From: an uncultured Gammaproteobacteria bacterium
GTDB lineage: Bacteria; Patescibacteriota; Microgenomatia; UBA1406; GWC2-37-13
Reading direction: 5' to 3'
Length of the DNA stretch: 64,000 bases
NCBI GenBank assembly: GCA_964582715.1
Contig: CAZOSM010000004.1
Location: 57,906-121,905, forward strand
Positions 53,719 to 62,915 of this stretch are shown one piece after another (the stretch's first letter is position 1; each line of letters begins with the position of its first letter). The position numbers were made by a program, and so were the translations under genes. A model generated the notes under the pieces. The model was given only the letters and a program-made list of their open reading frames with translations. It was not told the origin of the DNA and made no database searches.

Positions 53719-53931
53719 TTATTGCCCACCTTCCCCTTGGTTTACATTCACATCGACTTCGTCAGGTACATTAATTTGTGGAGTAGAAGTAGATTGTTGG
53801 ATCATAGGCAAACCATAATATATAAATAAGAATACAAAGACACCTAAAACAATAATTCCAAGAAGAAATCCCATCCCATTACTATCTGAATTTCCATTGC
53901 CTGGGTTATTAACAATTACTGGTTCTGCCAT
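53719..53931 (-). CDS. Hypothetical 70-aa single-TM protein
   Basis: ATG-initiated ORF, central TM (FLLGIIVLGVFVFLFIYYGL), between the two convergent kinase genes. Confidence 0.4.
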   Translation of the reverse strand: MAEPVIVNNPGNGNSDSNGMGFLLGIIVLGVFVFLFIYYGLPMIQQSTSTPQINVPDEVDVNVNQGEGGQ

Positions 53932-54011
53932 AAGAATATTAACAAATTAATAATATAGAGACATAATACAAATGAACGTTTAAGAATGAGTGTGAGAAGT
54001 GTAAAAATTTG

Positions 54012-55490
54012 TTAAGAAGATGTCGAGGTTTTCTTTAAGGGAAGACTAAAACTGAATGTTGAACCTTTAGCTTTTTTACTTTCAACCCAGATCCTCCCAC
54101 GATGTCTGTTAATAATTTCTTTAGCAATATAAAGCCCCATTCCAAATCCAGGAAATGTATTATCCTTATTATCTTTGATCTGATATAAACGCTCAAAGAT
54201 ACGCTTTTGTTGATCTTTTTCAATACCGATACCTTGATCTTTTACATGAACTTCAATCATATTTCCTTTTTTACTCATGCTAACTGTTACTGGCTGACCA
54301 TTGCGGGAATACTTCATAGCATTGGTAATGAGGTTTGTTATAACCTGATAAATTCTAAAGCGATCTGCATACACTTCATCAGATATTTTTTTTGTAAAGG
54401 TTATTTTGTGTTTAGAAGAAGAAGCCTGAAATATCTCTACAGTTTCTTCTACTACTTCTCTTAATGAAAAAATTTCTTTATTAAAACTCAACTTACCTGT
54501 TTGTAAACGAGAAACATCTAGTAAATCATTAATGAGCTTCTGTAACCTGTTCGTTTGTTTATGTATGTTTTGCACTGACTTTATTACTTTTTCATCTTTA
54601 TACGTATGCATGAGCTTCATGAGTACATCGATATAGAGTTTCATACTGGTTAGCGGGGTTTTAAGCTCATGGGAGGCCATATTTACAAAATCATCTTTAC
54701 GTTCTTCAAGTTCTTTTTGAGCTGTAATATCATCTACTACACATACGCATGCAATTACTTCATTTTTTCTGTTATGAATTGGAGTTGCACTGACAAGTAA
54801 AATAACTTTCTTTTTATCCTTGCGGATGATATTTATTTCAAGCCCAACAGTCGATTTGCCTTGTGTGAGTGCTGTAATAATTGGTCCTTGACTAGTTGAT
54901 AAAGGTTTACCATTATGTGTCGTAGGTAGGAGAGGTCTATTTTTGCCTACTTTAAAACCAATGGGAATAGGTACTCCTATTATTTCATTTGTTCTTTTAT
55001 TGATGTTGGTTACATAACCATCTTTATCTGTTATGATGACACCCACCGGCATTTCCTGAATAATACTTTGCAGTCTTTTTTTCTCATCAGTTTCTCGAAG
55101 AATGAGTCTATCAATAGTTTCTTTTAGCCAACCTATAACTCCGGCAAGAAGGAAATAAATGATAGCTAATATCATTGTTGTTTCTATCCCTGATTCAAGA
55201 TGTTCCCCTTTGTAATTTCTGGAGTAAATAATATATAAATAATAGCCAATAGTAATAAACGTAGTAGTTACACCTCCTAATATTCCTTCACGGAAAGAGA
55301 AATAAATAATAAATGTTAAAAAAAGAAAGATAGCAAAGGGGGCAACCAGGTCTGGATTATGTATGATCTGATTGGCATACAATTCAAGGAAAACTGCAGT
55401 AATTAAAGTAGTAAAAAAAGGAAAGAAAAAAGAATATTTATTATCTCCCAGATGAGCAATTGGGTTGAGATACGTGTATATTCTTTTCAT
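54012..55490 (-). CDS. Membrane-bound PAS-domain sensor histidine kinase
   Basis: Four to five N-terminal TM helices, PAS, H-box FVNMASHELKTPLTS, NAMKYS, DQGIGI, GFGMGLYIA, KGSTFSFSLP. Confidence 0.9.
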   Translation of the reverse strand: MKRIYTYLNPIAHLGDNKYSFFFPFFTTLITAVFLELYANQIIHNPDLVAPFAIFLFLTFIIYFSFREGILGGVTTTFITIGYYLYIIYSRNYKGEHLESGIETTMILAIIYFLLAGVIGWLKETIDRLILRETDEKKRLQSIIQEMPVGVIITDKDGYVTNINKRTNEIIGVPIPIGFKVGKNRPLLPTTHNGKPLSTSQGPIITALTQGKSTVGLEINIIRKDKKKVILLVSATPIHNRKNEVIACVCVVDDITAQKELEERKDDFVNMASHELKTPLTSMKLYIDVLMKLMHTYKDEKVIKSVQNIHKQTNRLQKLINDLLDVSRLQTGKLSFNKEIFSLREVVEETVEIFQASSSKHKITFTKKISDEVYADRFRIYQVITNLITNAMKYSRNGQPVTVSMSKKGNMIEVHVKDQGIGIEKDQQKRIFERLYQIKDNKDNTFPGFGMGLYIAKEIINRHRGRIWVESKKAKGSTFSFSLPLKKTSTSS

Positions 55491-55545
55491 AGACGAATTT
55501 TATATTGTATCATGGGAACCTTATACTAATTTGTAAGTAACCTGT

Positions 55546-56637
55546 ATGATTTCTGTGCAACCTATCCACATAAAACAGTATATAGCTCAAGATAGAAAGC
55601 AGTATACAAAGTCTTTGCCATACAAATTTTATATCTCCTGGGAAGATGCGTTATGGGATATTATTAATTCTTTTGGTATTCCTAAGGGTAGTAAGATTTT
55701 AGTCCCTTCTTTTTTTTGTACCGATGTCATGAATAATATGAAGGATCATGGACTTTCTCCACTCTATTATAAAGTGGATGAAAACCTACAGCCAGATCCT
55801 CAAGAGGTGAGAAAGCTTGTCAAAACGTATAATCCTTCATTTCTTGTGCTGTTTCATGCAGTTGGGATCCAGAATGATTGTATGAATAGCCAGTTTATTA
55901 ATACATTACCGTCGGAGCTGATTATTATTGAAGATGGTGTGCATCGTATAGTGAACCCTAGTGAAGTAAAACTATATGCACCACATCATATAGTTATTAA
56001 CAGCTTTAGAAAAGTAGTTCCGTTACAGGGAAGTTTCCTTTTTGGACAAGCAGCCTTTATTAATAAACTAAAAGGAGCAGCTACTTCTACTTTTTTTTAC
56101 TCATGGTCGATTATCTTTTTTTGGTGGTTGATGCAGATATTTTTTACATTACAAAAATATACTCCAGTTCTACCTATATCTTTGCTTTTGGGGAGGTTAG
56201 GTGAGATCTGTATGTTACGACGATATGATATTATCGGTGATGAAAAGGCTGCAGGTTTTTGTCCTGCATTTTTTAAAAAGATGTATTTTCGATTAGACTT
56301 TAAAAGAATTAAAGAACATAAAAGAAAACAAGTATTGGAATATGAAACATACCTTAATAGCTCCGCAGTATATAGAGTTCCTGGTTACTCTCATGATGAT
56401 AGAGGAGAACTGAGAGGATATCCAATTATTGCAAAAAGAGACATGGCAAAAGCAATAATCTCTTTTTGTCGAGAACATGGATTACTCATACGAGCTGAGC
56501 TTGATGATTCAAAATGGGCAAAAAAAAGAAGTATTATGTACCTACCGCTTGGACCACACGTCGAAATAGAGGATATTAAAATAATCTCAACTATATTCAA
56601 TAGAGCAGTAAGCTCGGTACATAATACTTCCCCCTAA
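55546..56637 (+). CDS. Divergent DegT/DnrJ/EryC1-like (fold-type I PLP) protein
   Basis: Order of blocks ALWDII..GIPKGSKILVPSF, LFHAVG, IIEDGVH, INSFRK resembles sugar aminotransferases; unusual internal hydrophobic segment; tentative. Confidence 0.4.
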   Translation: MISVQPIHIKQYIAQDRKQYTKSLPYKFYISWEDALWDIINSFGIPKGSKILVPSFFCTDVMNNMKDHGLSPLYYKVDENLQPDPQEVRKLVKTYNPSFLVLFHAVGIQNDCMNSQFINTLPSELIIIEDGVHRIVNPSEVKLYAPHHIVINSFRKVVPLQGSFLFGQAAFINKLKGAATSTFFYSWSIIFFWWLMQIFFTLQKYTPVLPISLLLGRLGEICMLRRYDIIGDEKAAGFCPAFFKKMYFRLDFKRIKEHKRKQVLEYETYLNSSAVYRVPGYSHDDRGELRGYPIIAKRDMAKAIISFCREHGLLIRAELDDSKWAKKRSIMYLPLGPHVEIEDIKIISTIFNRAVSSVHNTSP

Positions 56638-56640
56638 TTA

Positions 56641-57120
56641 TTAAATTTCTGTTTGCTCGCTTTCGGCGATCTCTGTTAGTTTTTCGTTAGTTTCTTTTTC
56701 TTCCTGTAACGTTTCTAGGAGTAAATCGAGGACTTCATCATATCCTAGCAGCTTTGCATACGTTGCCGCGCAACCGTAACCGGCAATTTCATAGTGCTCA
56801 ACACGTTGAGCTGCACCAATCAGGGCTTGATCTAAAAACTCATTAGCATCTTCTTCTAATAATTTTTTACCTTCTTTTATAAGTCCTTCCATTCCTTCAC
56901 ATTTTTCTCCTTCGAGTGTAACTTCTAGTTTTTCAGCAATCTGTTGTAATCTTTTAATCTGTCCTTTAGTTTGTTCGAGATGTTCATTAAACCCGTCTTT
57001 CAATTCCTGATTTGTTGCCTTTTCGGCCATTTTAGGTAATGCTTGAGTAATTTGATTTTCTGCAGAATATAAATCTTGTAGTTCATGCAGTAATAGATCA
57101 TCATGTGATGTAAATTTCAT
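56641..57120 (-). CDS. DUF892 (YciE/YciF) ferritin-like stress protein
   Basis: LLHELQDLYSAENQITQALPKMAEKA..., HLEQTKGQIKRL, VEHYEIAGY. Confidence 0.85.
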   Translation of the reverse strand: MKFTSHDDLLLHELQDLYSAENQITQALPKMAEKATNQELKDGFNEHLEQTKGQIKRLQQIAEKLEVTLEGEKCEGMEGLIKEGKKLLEEDANEFLDQALIGAAQRVEHYEIAGYGCAATYAKLLGYDEVLDLLLETLQEEKETNEKLTEIAESEQTEI

Positions 57121-57214
57121 ATGTAAAATCGAAATTAATAATTTCCTTAATCATAGAAGTAGAAATTCAATAATTACGTTATAAAGAGGTAATAATTACG
57201 TAAGAGGAAGCAGG

Positions 57215-57802
57215 TTAAATATCTTGAATGTAGTACCTTATTTCTTCTTTTGTGGGATTCAAAAGATTATATAAGTATGTTATATCCTCATCGGTGTGGC
57301 GAATACACCCAGAACTACCTTCATTTTCTGTGGAAAGTTTGCTTGGATCACCTGCCACGCCATGTAATCCAAAGTAACCAGGAAGTTCCCAGTTACATTG
57401 ACCATCACATTCCAGGTAAGGTGAAGGTCCATATGGTTCTTCATCTCCAACTGGGACATCAAGGGTTAAAAAGTAGGGTGCTGTTTCCGGGTTATCAAAT
57501 GCTTCTTCTTTACCAACAAGTAGCCAGTACTCTCTTCCAACGAGTGAAGGTAATGGAGTGGGTTTTTTACCTGGTACACCTGTTTTGACATAAAACGTTT
57601 TGATCAAAGAACTATTAGATGTATTTCCCGGCTCACCATAGTACAGCATCTCTACCTGAGATTTACGATGAAGCATAAACCAATATTGTTTAGGTGGCTC
57701 TTGAACTCCAGCAATATCACCTTCTTGGGTTTTTTGACCTGATAGGTAAAAAATACCTCCAAGAATGACGAAAAAGATGGTAAGAAAAGCAATTTTTTTC
57801 AT
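57215..57802 (-). CDS. L,D-transpeptidase (YkuD) domain protein
   Basis: N-terminal TM; FGLHGV...GSSGCIRH active-site motif; ATG 57802 preferred over GTG 57817. Confidence 0.8.
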   Translation of the reverse strand: MKKIAFLTIFFVILGGIFYLSGQKTQEGDIAGVQEPPKQYWFMLHRKSQVEMLYYGEPGNTSNSSLIKTFYVKTGVPGKKPTPLPSLVGREYWLLVGKEEAFDNPETAPYFLTLDVPVGDEEPYGPSPYLECDGQCNWELPGYFGLHGVAGDPSKLSTENEGSSGCIRHTDEDITYLYNLLNPTKEEIRYYIQDI

Positions 57803-57835
57803 AAATATGATATACACATGGTAAAATAGAAAGCC

Positions 57836-58939
57836 ATGCGTACGATAATATTAGCAGTCAGCATCACTATTATACTGTTTTCAGGATATCTATTTTTAGG
57901 TTCTGAAAAAGGCGAGGATATTATTGAAAGAGTTCAAGTTACCCAAAAGGTAACTATTACAGTAACTCCATCTCCTACTATGGCAATTATTTCGCCACCA
58001 CCGACCTATATTATTCCACAAGAACTGCAAGTATTCCAGTCATTTAATAATTGTGGGCCTGCAAGCTTATCGATGCTTCTATCGTATCATGATGTGAATG
58101 TATCGCAGGATGTTGTTGGAGGAAAACTAAGACCTTATCAGAATGCAATTGGAGATAACGATGATAAGTCTGTAACCCTGCCAGAACTGGCAAAAGAAGC
58201 AGAAACTCATAATCTTATAGCGTACCACCGACCAAATGGGAGTATAGATCTTGCCAAAAAGTTTATTTCAAAGGATATTCCTTTTATCGTGAGGACCTGG
58301 CTGAACCCTCAAGAAGATATTGGACATTACAGAGTAGTTCGAGGATACGATGATACGACGCAGGAATTTATTCAGGATGACTCCTATCAAGGAGGGAATC
58401 TCCGCTACTCATATGACCAGTTTATGGATATGTGGCAACCTTTTAATTATGAATTTCTTGTACTTATACCTCCAGAGAAGGAAGATGTAGTACGGACCAT
58501 ATTAGCTGAAAATGCAGAATGGGAAATTGCTTGGCAGAACGCATTGAAAAAAGCACAAGAAGAACAACAAGAGAATCCCCAAAATCCATATCCGGTTTTT
58601 AACCAAAGTGTTGCATATTATCATTTGGGTAATTACCATGCCTCAGTCGAAACCTATGAGAAGGTGGCTTCTCAATTACCTGGGAGAATGTTGTGGTATC
58701 AGATTGAGCCGATTAAATCGTACGTTGAAGTTGGACAGTATGAAACAGTTTTTAATCTTACCAGTAATATACTCAATAATCAAAATAGAGGCTTTAGTGA
58801 ATTGTATATATTAAGAGGGAAAGCCTACGAGGCTCAAGGCAATAAAGACATGGCAAGACAAGAATATCAGCAGGCTGTCTTTTACAATCAATACTTGGAA
58901 GAAGCGCAGCAAGCTCTATCTCGAATTAATTCTACCTAA
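57836..58939 (+). CDS. C39-like cysteine-peptidase domain + TPR-repeat protein
   Basis: N-terminal TM; QSFNNCGPASLSMLL (C39_2-type Cys), HYRVVRGYD (His); C-terminal TPR units; TGgTAAAAT 8 nt before ATG. Confidence 0.7.
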   Translation: MRTIILAVSITIILFSGYLFLGSEKGEDIIERVQVTQKVTITVTPSPTMAIISPPPTYIIPQELQVFQSFNNCGPASLSMLLSYHDVNVSQDVVGGKLRPYQNAIGDNDDKSVTLPELAKEAETHNLIAYHRPNGSIDLAKKFISKDIPFIVRTWLNPQEDIGHYRVVRGYDDTTQEFIQDDSYQGGNLRYSYDQFMDMWQPFNYEFLVLIPPEKEDVVRTILAENAEWEIAWQNALKKAQEEQQENPQNPYPVFNQSVAYYHLGNYHASVETYEKVASQLPGRMLWYQIEPIKSYVEVGQYETVFNLTSNILNNQNRGFSELYILRGKAYEAQGNKDMARQEYQQAVFYNQYLEEAQQALSRINST

Positions 58940-59387
58940 TATATAAATAAATATCCTCAATTTGCCTAACTGGCTTCCAGTTAGGAAACATCCAGTGATG
59001 TGAAACAATATATGCGTCTTCCTTAAGTTCTTTTTGTAATTTTTGTTCTAATTTATCCATGACAGTATGGAACTGAAACGTAAATACTTTATTAAATTGT
59101 GATAAATCTTGTTTCCAAAAATCTGCCTGGTAAACAATTGCTGTTTTAGATAGGTTTTCTGCTACTATTTTTTCTATAGACTCTTGAACCAGCCAGTCAT
59201 GGAGTTCATACCCATATGCAACTGCTCCTCTTTTAGCCATTTCAATGACAATTCTTCCGTCACCAGAACCCAAATCTACAGCCCTATCTTTCGGTTTTAT
59301 ATCAAGAAGTTGAAATATGATTTCCATCTCTTTTTTCCCTGAAGGCTCGTAATGTGCTCCTAATAAAAGGTCGTGCATTTTATCCAT
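58932..59387 (-). CDS. Small class I SAM-dependent methyltransferase
   Basis: Motif I AVDLGSGDGRIVIEMA, acidic motif II YELHD. Confidence 0.7.
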   Translation of the reverse strand: MDKMHDLLLGAHYEPSGKKEMEIIFQLLDIKPKDRAVDLGSGDGRIVIEMAKRGAVAYGYELHDWLVQESIEKIVAENLSKTAIVYQADFWKQDLSQFNKVFTFQFHTVMDKLEQKLQKELKEDAYIVSHHWMFPNWKPVRQIEDIYLYIR

Positions 59388-59432
59388 AGGTATGTTACAT
59401 TCGTACTACTAGTATATATTATTACATTACAT

Positions 59433-59963
59433 ATGAATCATTTGGATCATGTATCACTTTTGAAAGAAGCAGATATAAAACCAGGTACAGTTTGGGCCGA
59501 TTTTGGATCAGGAGAAGGTGCATTCACTTTGGCTTTACGAGATATAGCCGGTCCTAATAGTGAAATTTATTCGATAGATAAAGATGCAAAAAGTTTAGAG
59601 AAACAAAAACGGGCTTTTGATGCTCAATTCCCTGGAAGCAACATACATTATATGACCAAAAACTTTACTGAAGAAATTGTGCTACCCGAACTTGATGGGA
59701 TTATTATGGCCAACTCGCTTCATTATGTACGAGATAAAAAATCACTTCTTGTTACATTATTATCACATCTTCGTGAAGGAGGCAGTTTTATACTTGTTGA
59801 GTACAACGTAGACAAAGGTAACTTCTGGGTACCATTTCCTATTTCTTTTAAGTCGTTTCAAAAACTTGCAGCATCTACTGATCTTGCAGAGCCAAAATTA
59901 TTGGGAAAAATTCCTTCCACTTTTTTGAAAGAGATTTACTCTTCTATCACGTATAAAAAGTGA
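59433..59963 (+). CDS. Class I SAM-dependent methyltransferase
   Basis: Motif I VWADFGSGEGAFTLAL, SIDKD, IIMANSLHY; ATG 59433 preferred over 59373. Confidence 0.75.
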   Translation: MNHLDHVSLLKEADIKPGTVWADFGSGEGAFTLALRDIAGPNSEIYSIDKDAKSLEKQKRAFDAQFPGSNIHYMTKNFTEEIVLPELDGIIMANSLHYVRDKKSLLVTLLSHLREGGSFILVEYNVDKGNFWVPFPISFKSFQKLAASTDLAEPKLLGKIPSTFLKEIYSSITYKK

Positions 59964-59966
59964 TGA

Positions 59967-60815
59967 CTAATTTTTAATAGTCACGCCAGAACCATGATGT
60001 TTTGCATACATGTAAGTAAAAGCACAACCAAAGAGGAAAATAAGAGAGGTGTAGTATACCCATAATAGAAAGGCTAATACTGTTCCTGCAGTCCCGTACA
60101 AAGTGCCAAAGGCGATATGTGCTAATACATAGCTGATAATATTTTTTCCTATTACAAAAAGGAAACCAGTAAAAAATGACCCCAATAAAATATCTGGCCA
60201 GGCAAGAGTAGCATCTGGTAAATAACGAAGTAATAAAGCAAAAAGTATCGAGACGGTAAACAGAGAAATAAACTGGTTAATAATGAGAAGAATGAAAGGA
60301 TCGTATCCAATATAAGCCGATAGATACTGCCCAATTGAACTGAGTAATGTATTAATAATGAATGAAATGAATAATAGTAGTCCTAAAATGACAAGAAAGA
60401 TAAAAGAGATAAGTCGTTTACGAAACCGTTGGGATACTGAGAGAGAATTTGGTTTAATTTCCCACATAACATTAATGATTTTTTGAAGCTCTCTTACTAT
60501 GGTGGTTGAACTAATAAGTAATATTATGATACTGATTGTTCCTGTTATGTTATTGGGTGAAGGATAATCTGCTATATGAATAATGATATTTTGGATAACT
60601 TCTACGATTTCTGGTGAAAAAAGCGAATATGCTTCTGATATGATGGCATTCTGAGTTTGGGTGTTGGAGAGAAACAATTCTAATACAGAAAAAAGGATAA
60701 GAAGTACGGGAGCAATTGCAAAAAGAGAATAATAAGAGAGAGCTGCAGCCATCTGAGAACTATTTTTACTATTAAAATGGCTGAGTGTGCTTTTTAAAAA
60801 GGAAATAGTCCTCAT
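59967..60815 (-). CDS. YihY/BrkB-family membrane protein
   Basis: MAAALSYYSLFAIAPVLLIL start and six TM helices; alternative upstream ATG at 60854. Confidence 0.8.
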   Translation of the reverse strand: MRTISFLKSTLSHFNSKNSSQMAAALSYYSLFAIAPVLLILFSVLELFLSNTQTQNAIISEAYSLFSPEIVEVIQNIIIHIADYPSPNNITGTISIIILLISSTTIVRELQKIINVMWEIKPNSLSVSQRFRKRLISFIFLVILGLLLFISFIINTLLSSIGQYLSAYIGYDPFILLIINQFISLFTVSILFALLLRYLPDATLAWPDILLGSFFTGFLFVIGKNIISYVLAHIAFGTLYGTAGTVLAFLLWVYYTSLIFLFGCAFTYMYAKHHGSGVTIKN

Positions 60816-60879
60816 GGGAAAATTATACAGCCTTATAAGGTTATGTGGTATCATAACCGTAGACTAATTTATTTACTAA

Positions 60880-62409
60880 ATGAATAAACTTAACTTACGT
60901 CTTATCAACGATATTGATCCAGAACGTAAAGAAGCCTTTCTCAATACTATTCATGATCATACACAGTTTTCAATCAGCTATATTAGTCTCCTTGTTGTTT
61001 CTACCATTATTAGTACTCTTGGTTTATTAATCAATTCACCAGCAACAATTATTGGAGGAATGATTATATCTCCGCTCATGTGGCCACTCGTCAAAATATC
61101 AACGGGCATTAGCCTAGCGAGAAAATCATATTTACTCGAAACTTTATATTTACTATTTGGTTCTCTGGCATTAATTGTTATAACCGCCTCAATGATTACA
61201 TTGATTTCTCCTTTAAAAGGTCTTAATGCAGAGATATTAACGAGATCTCAGCCCACACTACTGGATTTAATTATTGCATTAGCTGCTGGGGCTATCGCAG
61301 CCATGGCACTTATACATAAGCGTATTTCTTCAAGCCTGGCAGGGGTTGCTATTGCTACTTCTTTATTGCCTCCATTGTGTGTTACCGGTATTGGTTTAGC
61401 ATTAACTAATTTCTCTATTGCATCTGGAAGTTTCCTTTTGTTTGCGGCCAATGCAGTATCTATCATTTTTATATCAATATTTGTATTCCAGTTTGCAGGC
61501 ATTACAAACCATAGTCATGAAGAATTTAGGAAGGAAAGTATTTTATTTGTAGCTATAATGCTTGCGATAACTGCATTACCATTATTTATTTTTTTGCGAG
61601 AATATTCGTTTAAAACGCAGGTATTCCAGAAAACTGAGCAGGTCTTAGAAGAAACGTTTAATGAAGTATCTCCTGAGATTGTGATTAATAACATTTCAAC
61701 AAAAGTTTCAAATCAGAAAAATAATATTCAAATTTCGGCAGATATTCTTGTTCCAGAAGGAATTACCTTAAGTATTGAACAGAAGGAGCAAATCATAGCT
61801 CAACTGGAGAAAATACTAGATAGAACAGTTCAACTTAACTTACTTGTTCAGCAGACTATTGCTTTAGAAAGTGAAACTGATCTTATAACTGAAGAACGTA
61901 GGAACAAGTTGAGAGATAGTTTAATCGGAATGATAGGAAGTATATCTGAATCATTGGCAATTGATGCTATCAATATCTCGTATAATCAAGAGAAAGCCAG
62001 CTGGGATATTCATACTGTTATGAGAGCAGATCCATCGATAGTCTTGACAGAAGAGCAAAGAAAAGAGCTGCAATCTATGCTTTCAGCACAAATTGAGCAA
62101 CCTGTCTCACTTGCTATAGAAATCATTCCACGAATTCAACTACAAGAAGGGCAGAATGCTGTTTATCAAAGTATAGAACAAGATATCTCTGCATACCTAA
62201 CGGCTCTGAATGAAGATATCGAGACTGTTTCTTTCTCAATGAATGAGGAACAGAGTCAAACAGTTATTAATCTTGAGATCCAATCTCCTCAATCTTTTAC
62301 TCTTACCCGTCCACAGATGAACACACTGATTTCTCAATTAGAAAATACATACGATACTACAATAGAACTTCATATTTCTGATATAAAAAGAGATATCTAT
62401 ACTTTTTAA
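60880..62409 (+). CDS. DUF389-family membrane protein with three tandem C-terminal soluble repeats
   Basis: DUF389-like TM core (GGMIISPLMWP, AIATSLLPPLCVTG), then three ~65-aa units each ending in an I/L-rich strand (LNLLVQQ, LAIEIIP, IELHISD). Confidence 0.7.
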   Translation: MNKLNLRLINDIDPERKEAFLNTIHDHTQFSISYISLLVVSTIISTLGLLINSPATIIGGMIISPLMWPLVKISTGISLARKSYLLETLYLLFGSLALIVITASMITLISPLKGLNAEILTRSQPTLLDLIIALAAGAIAAMALIHKRISSSLAGVAIATSLLPPLCVTGIGLALTNFSIASGSFLLFAANAVSIIFISIFVFQFAGITNHSHEEFRKESILFVAIMLAITALPLFIFLREYSFKTQVFQKTEQVLEETFNEVSPEIVINNISTKVSNQKNNIQISADILVPEGITLSIEQKEQIIAQLEKILDRTVQLNLLVQQTIALESETDLITEERRNKLRDSLIGMIGSISESLAIDAINISYNQEKASWDIHTVMRADPSIVLTEEQRKELQSMLSAQIEQPVSLAIEIIPRIQLQEGQNAVYQSIEQDISAYLTALNEDIETVSFSMNEEQSQTVINLEIQSPQSFTLTRPQMNTLISQLENTYDTTIELHISDIKRDIYTF

Positions 62410-62475
62410 ATCCTTCTTACCAAACTTTTATTGAAGATACACATTGTCTTTTCAATTGATTCTTATCATAACTAC

Positions 62476-62703
62476 ATGCCATATAATCATAACTCTGATT
62501 TACCAGAGAGCGTAACAGATAATTTGCCCGATCATGCACAAGACATTTATCGTGAGGCATACAATTCTGCTTGGGATCAATATGATAAGCCAGAAGAAAG
62601 AAGAGATGAGGCTTCCCGAGAAGAGACAGCGCATAAAGTAGCTTGGAATGCAGTAAAGAAAAGTTATGAAAAGAATGAATATGGCCAGTGGGTTAAAAAG
62701 TAA
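62476..62703 (+). CDS. ChaB-family protein
   Basis: LPESVTDNLPDHAQDIYREAYNSAW...AHKVAWNAVKKSYEK; TATCAT 6 nt before ATG 62476. Confidence 0.8.
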   Translation: MPYNHNSDLPESVTDNLPDHAQDIYREAYNSAWDQYDKPEERRDEASREETAHKVAWNAVKKSYEKNEYGQWVKK

Positions 62704-62715
62704 TTTAATGAACTT

Positions 62716-62901
62716 ATGAGTTTTACTTCAGACGAAAGTCCAAAACGAGAAAAATTAGGAACTCCAGATGGGAGATACGATACTTCACTTGATACTAATA
62801 ATGATGTGCAAGAGGAAATTGAGCGAGTAAATACGAAAGATAGTGAAATTAATAGCCATGATTTACACAGTAAGTCAGATGATTATATAGTTAAAGAATA
62901 A
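62716..62901 (+). CDS. Hypothetical acidic 61-aa protein
   Basis: ATG ORF 12 nt after the ChaB-like gene, Asp/Glu/Ser-rich, no domain. Confidence 0.4.
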   Translation: MSFTSDESPKREKLGTPDGRYDTSLDTNNDVQEEIERVNTKDSEINSHDLHSKSDDYIVKE

Positions 62902-62915
62902 AGGAGGTGATAGAT

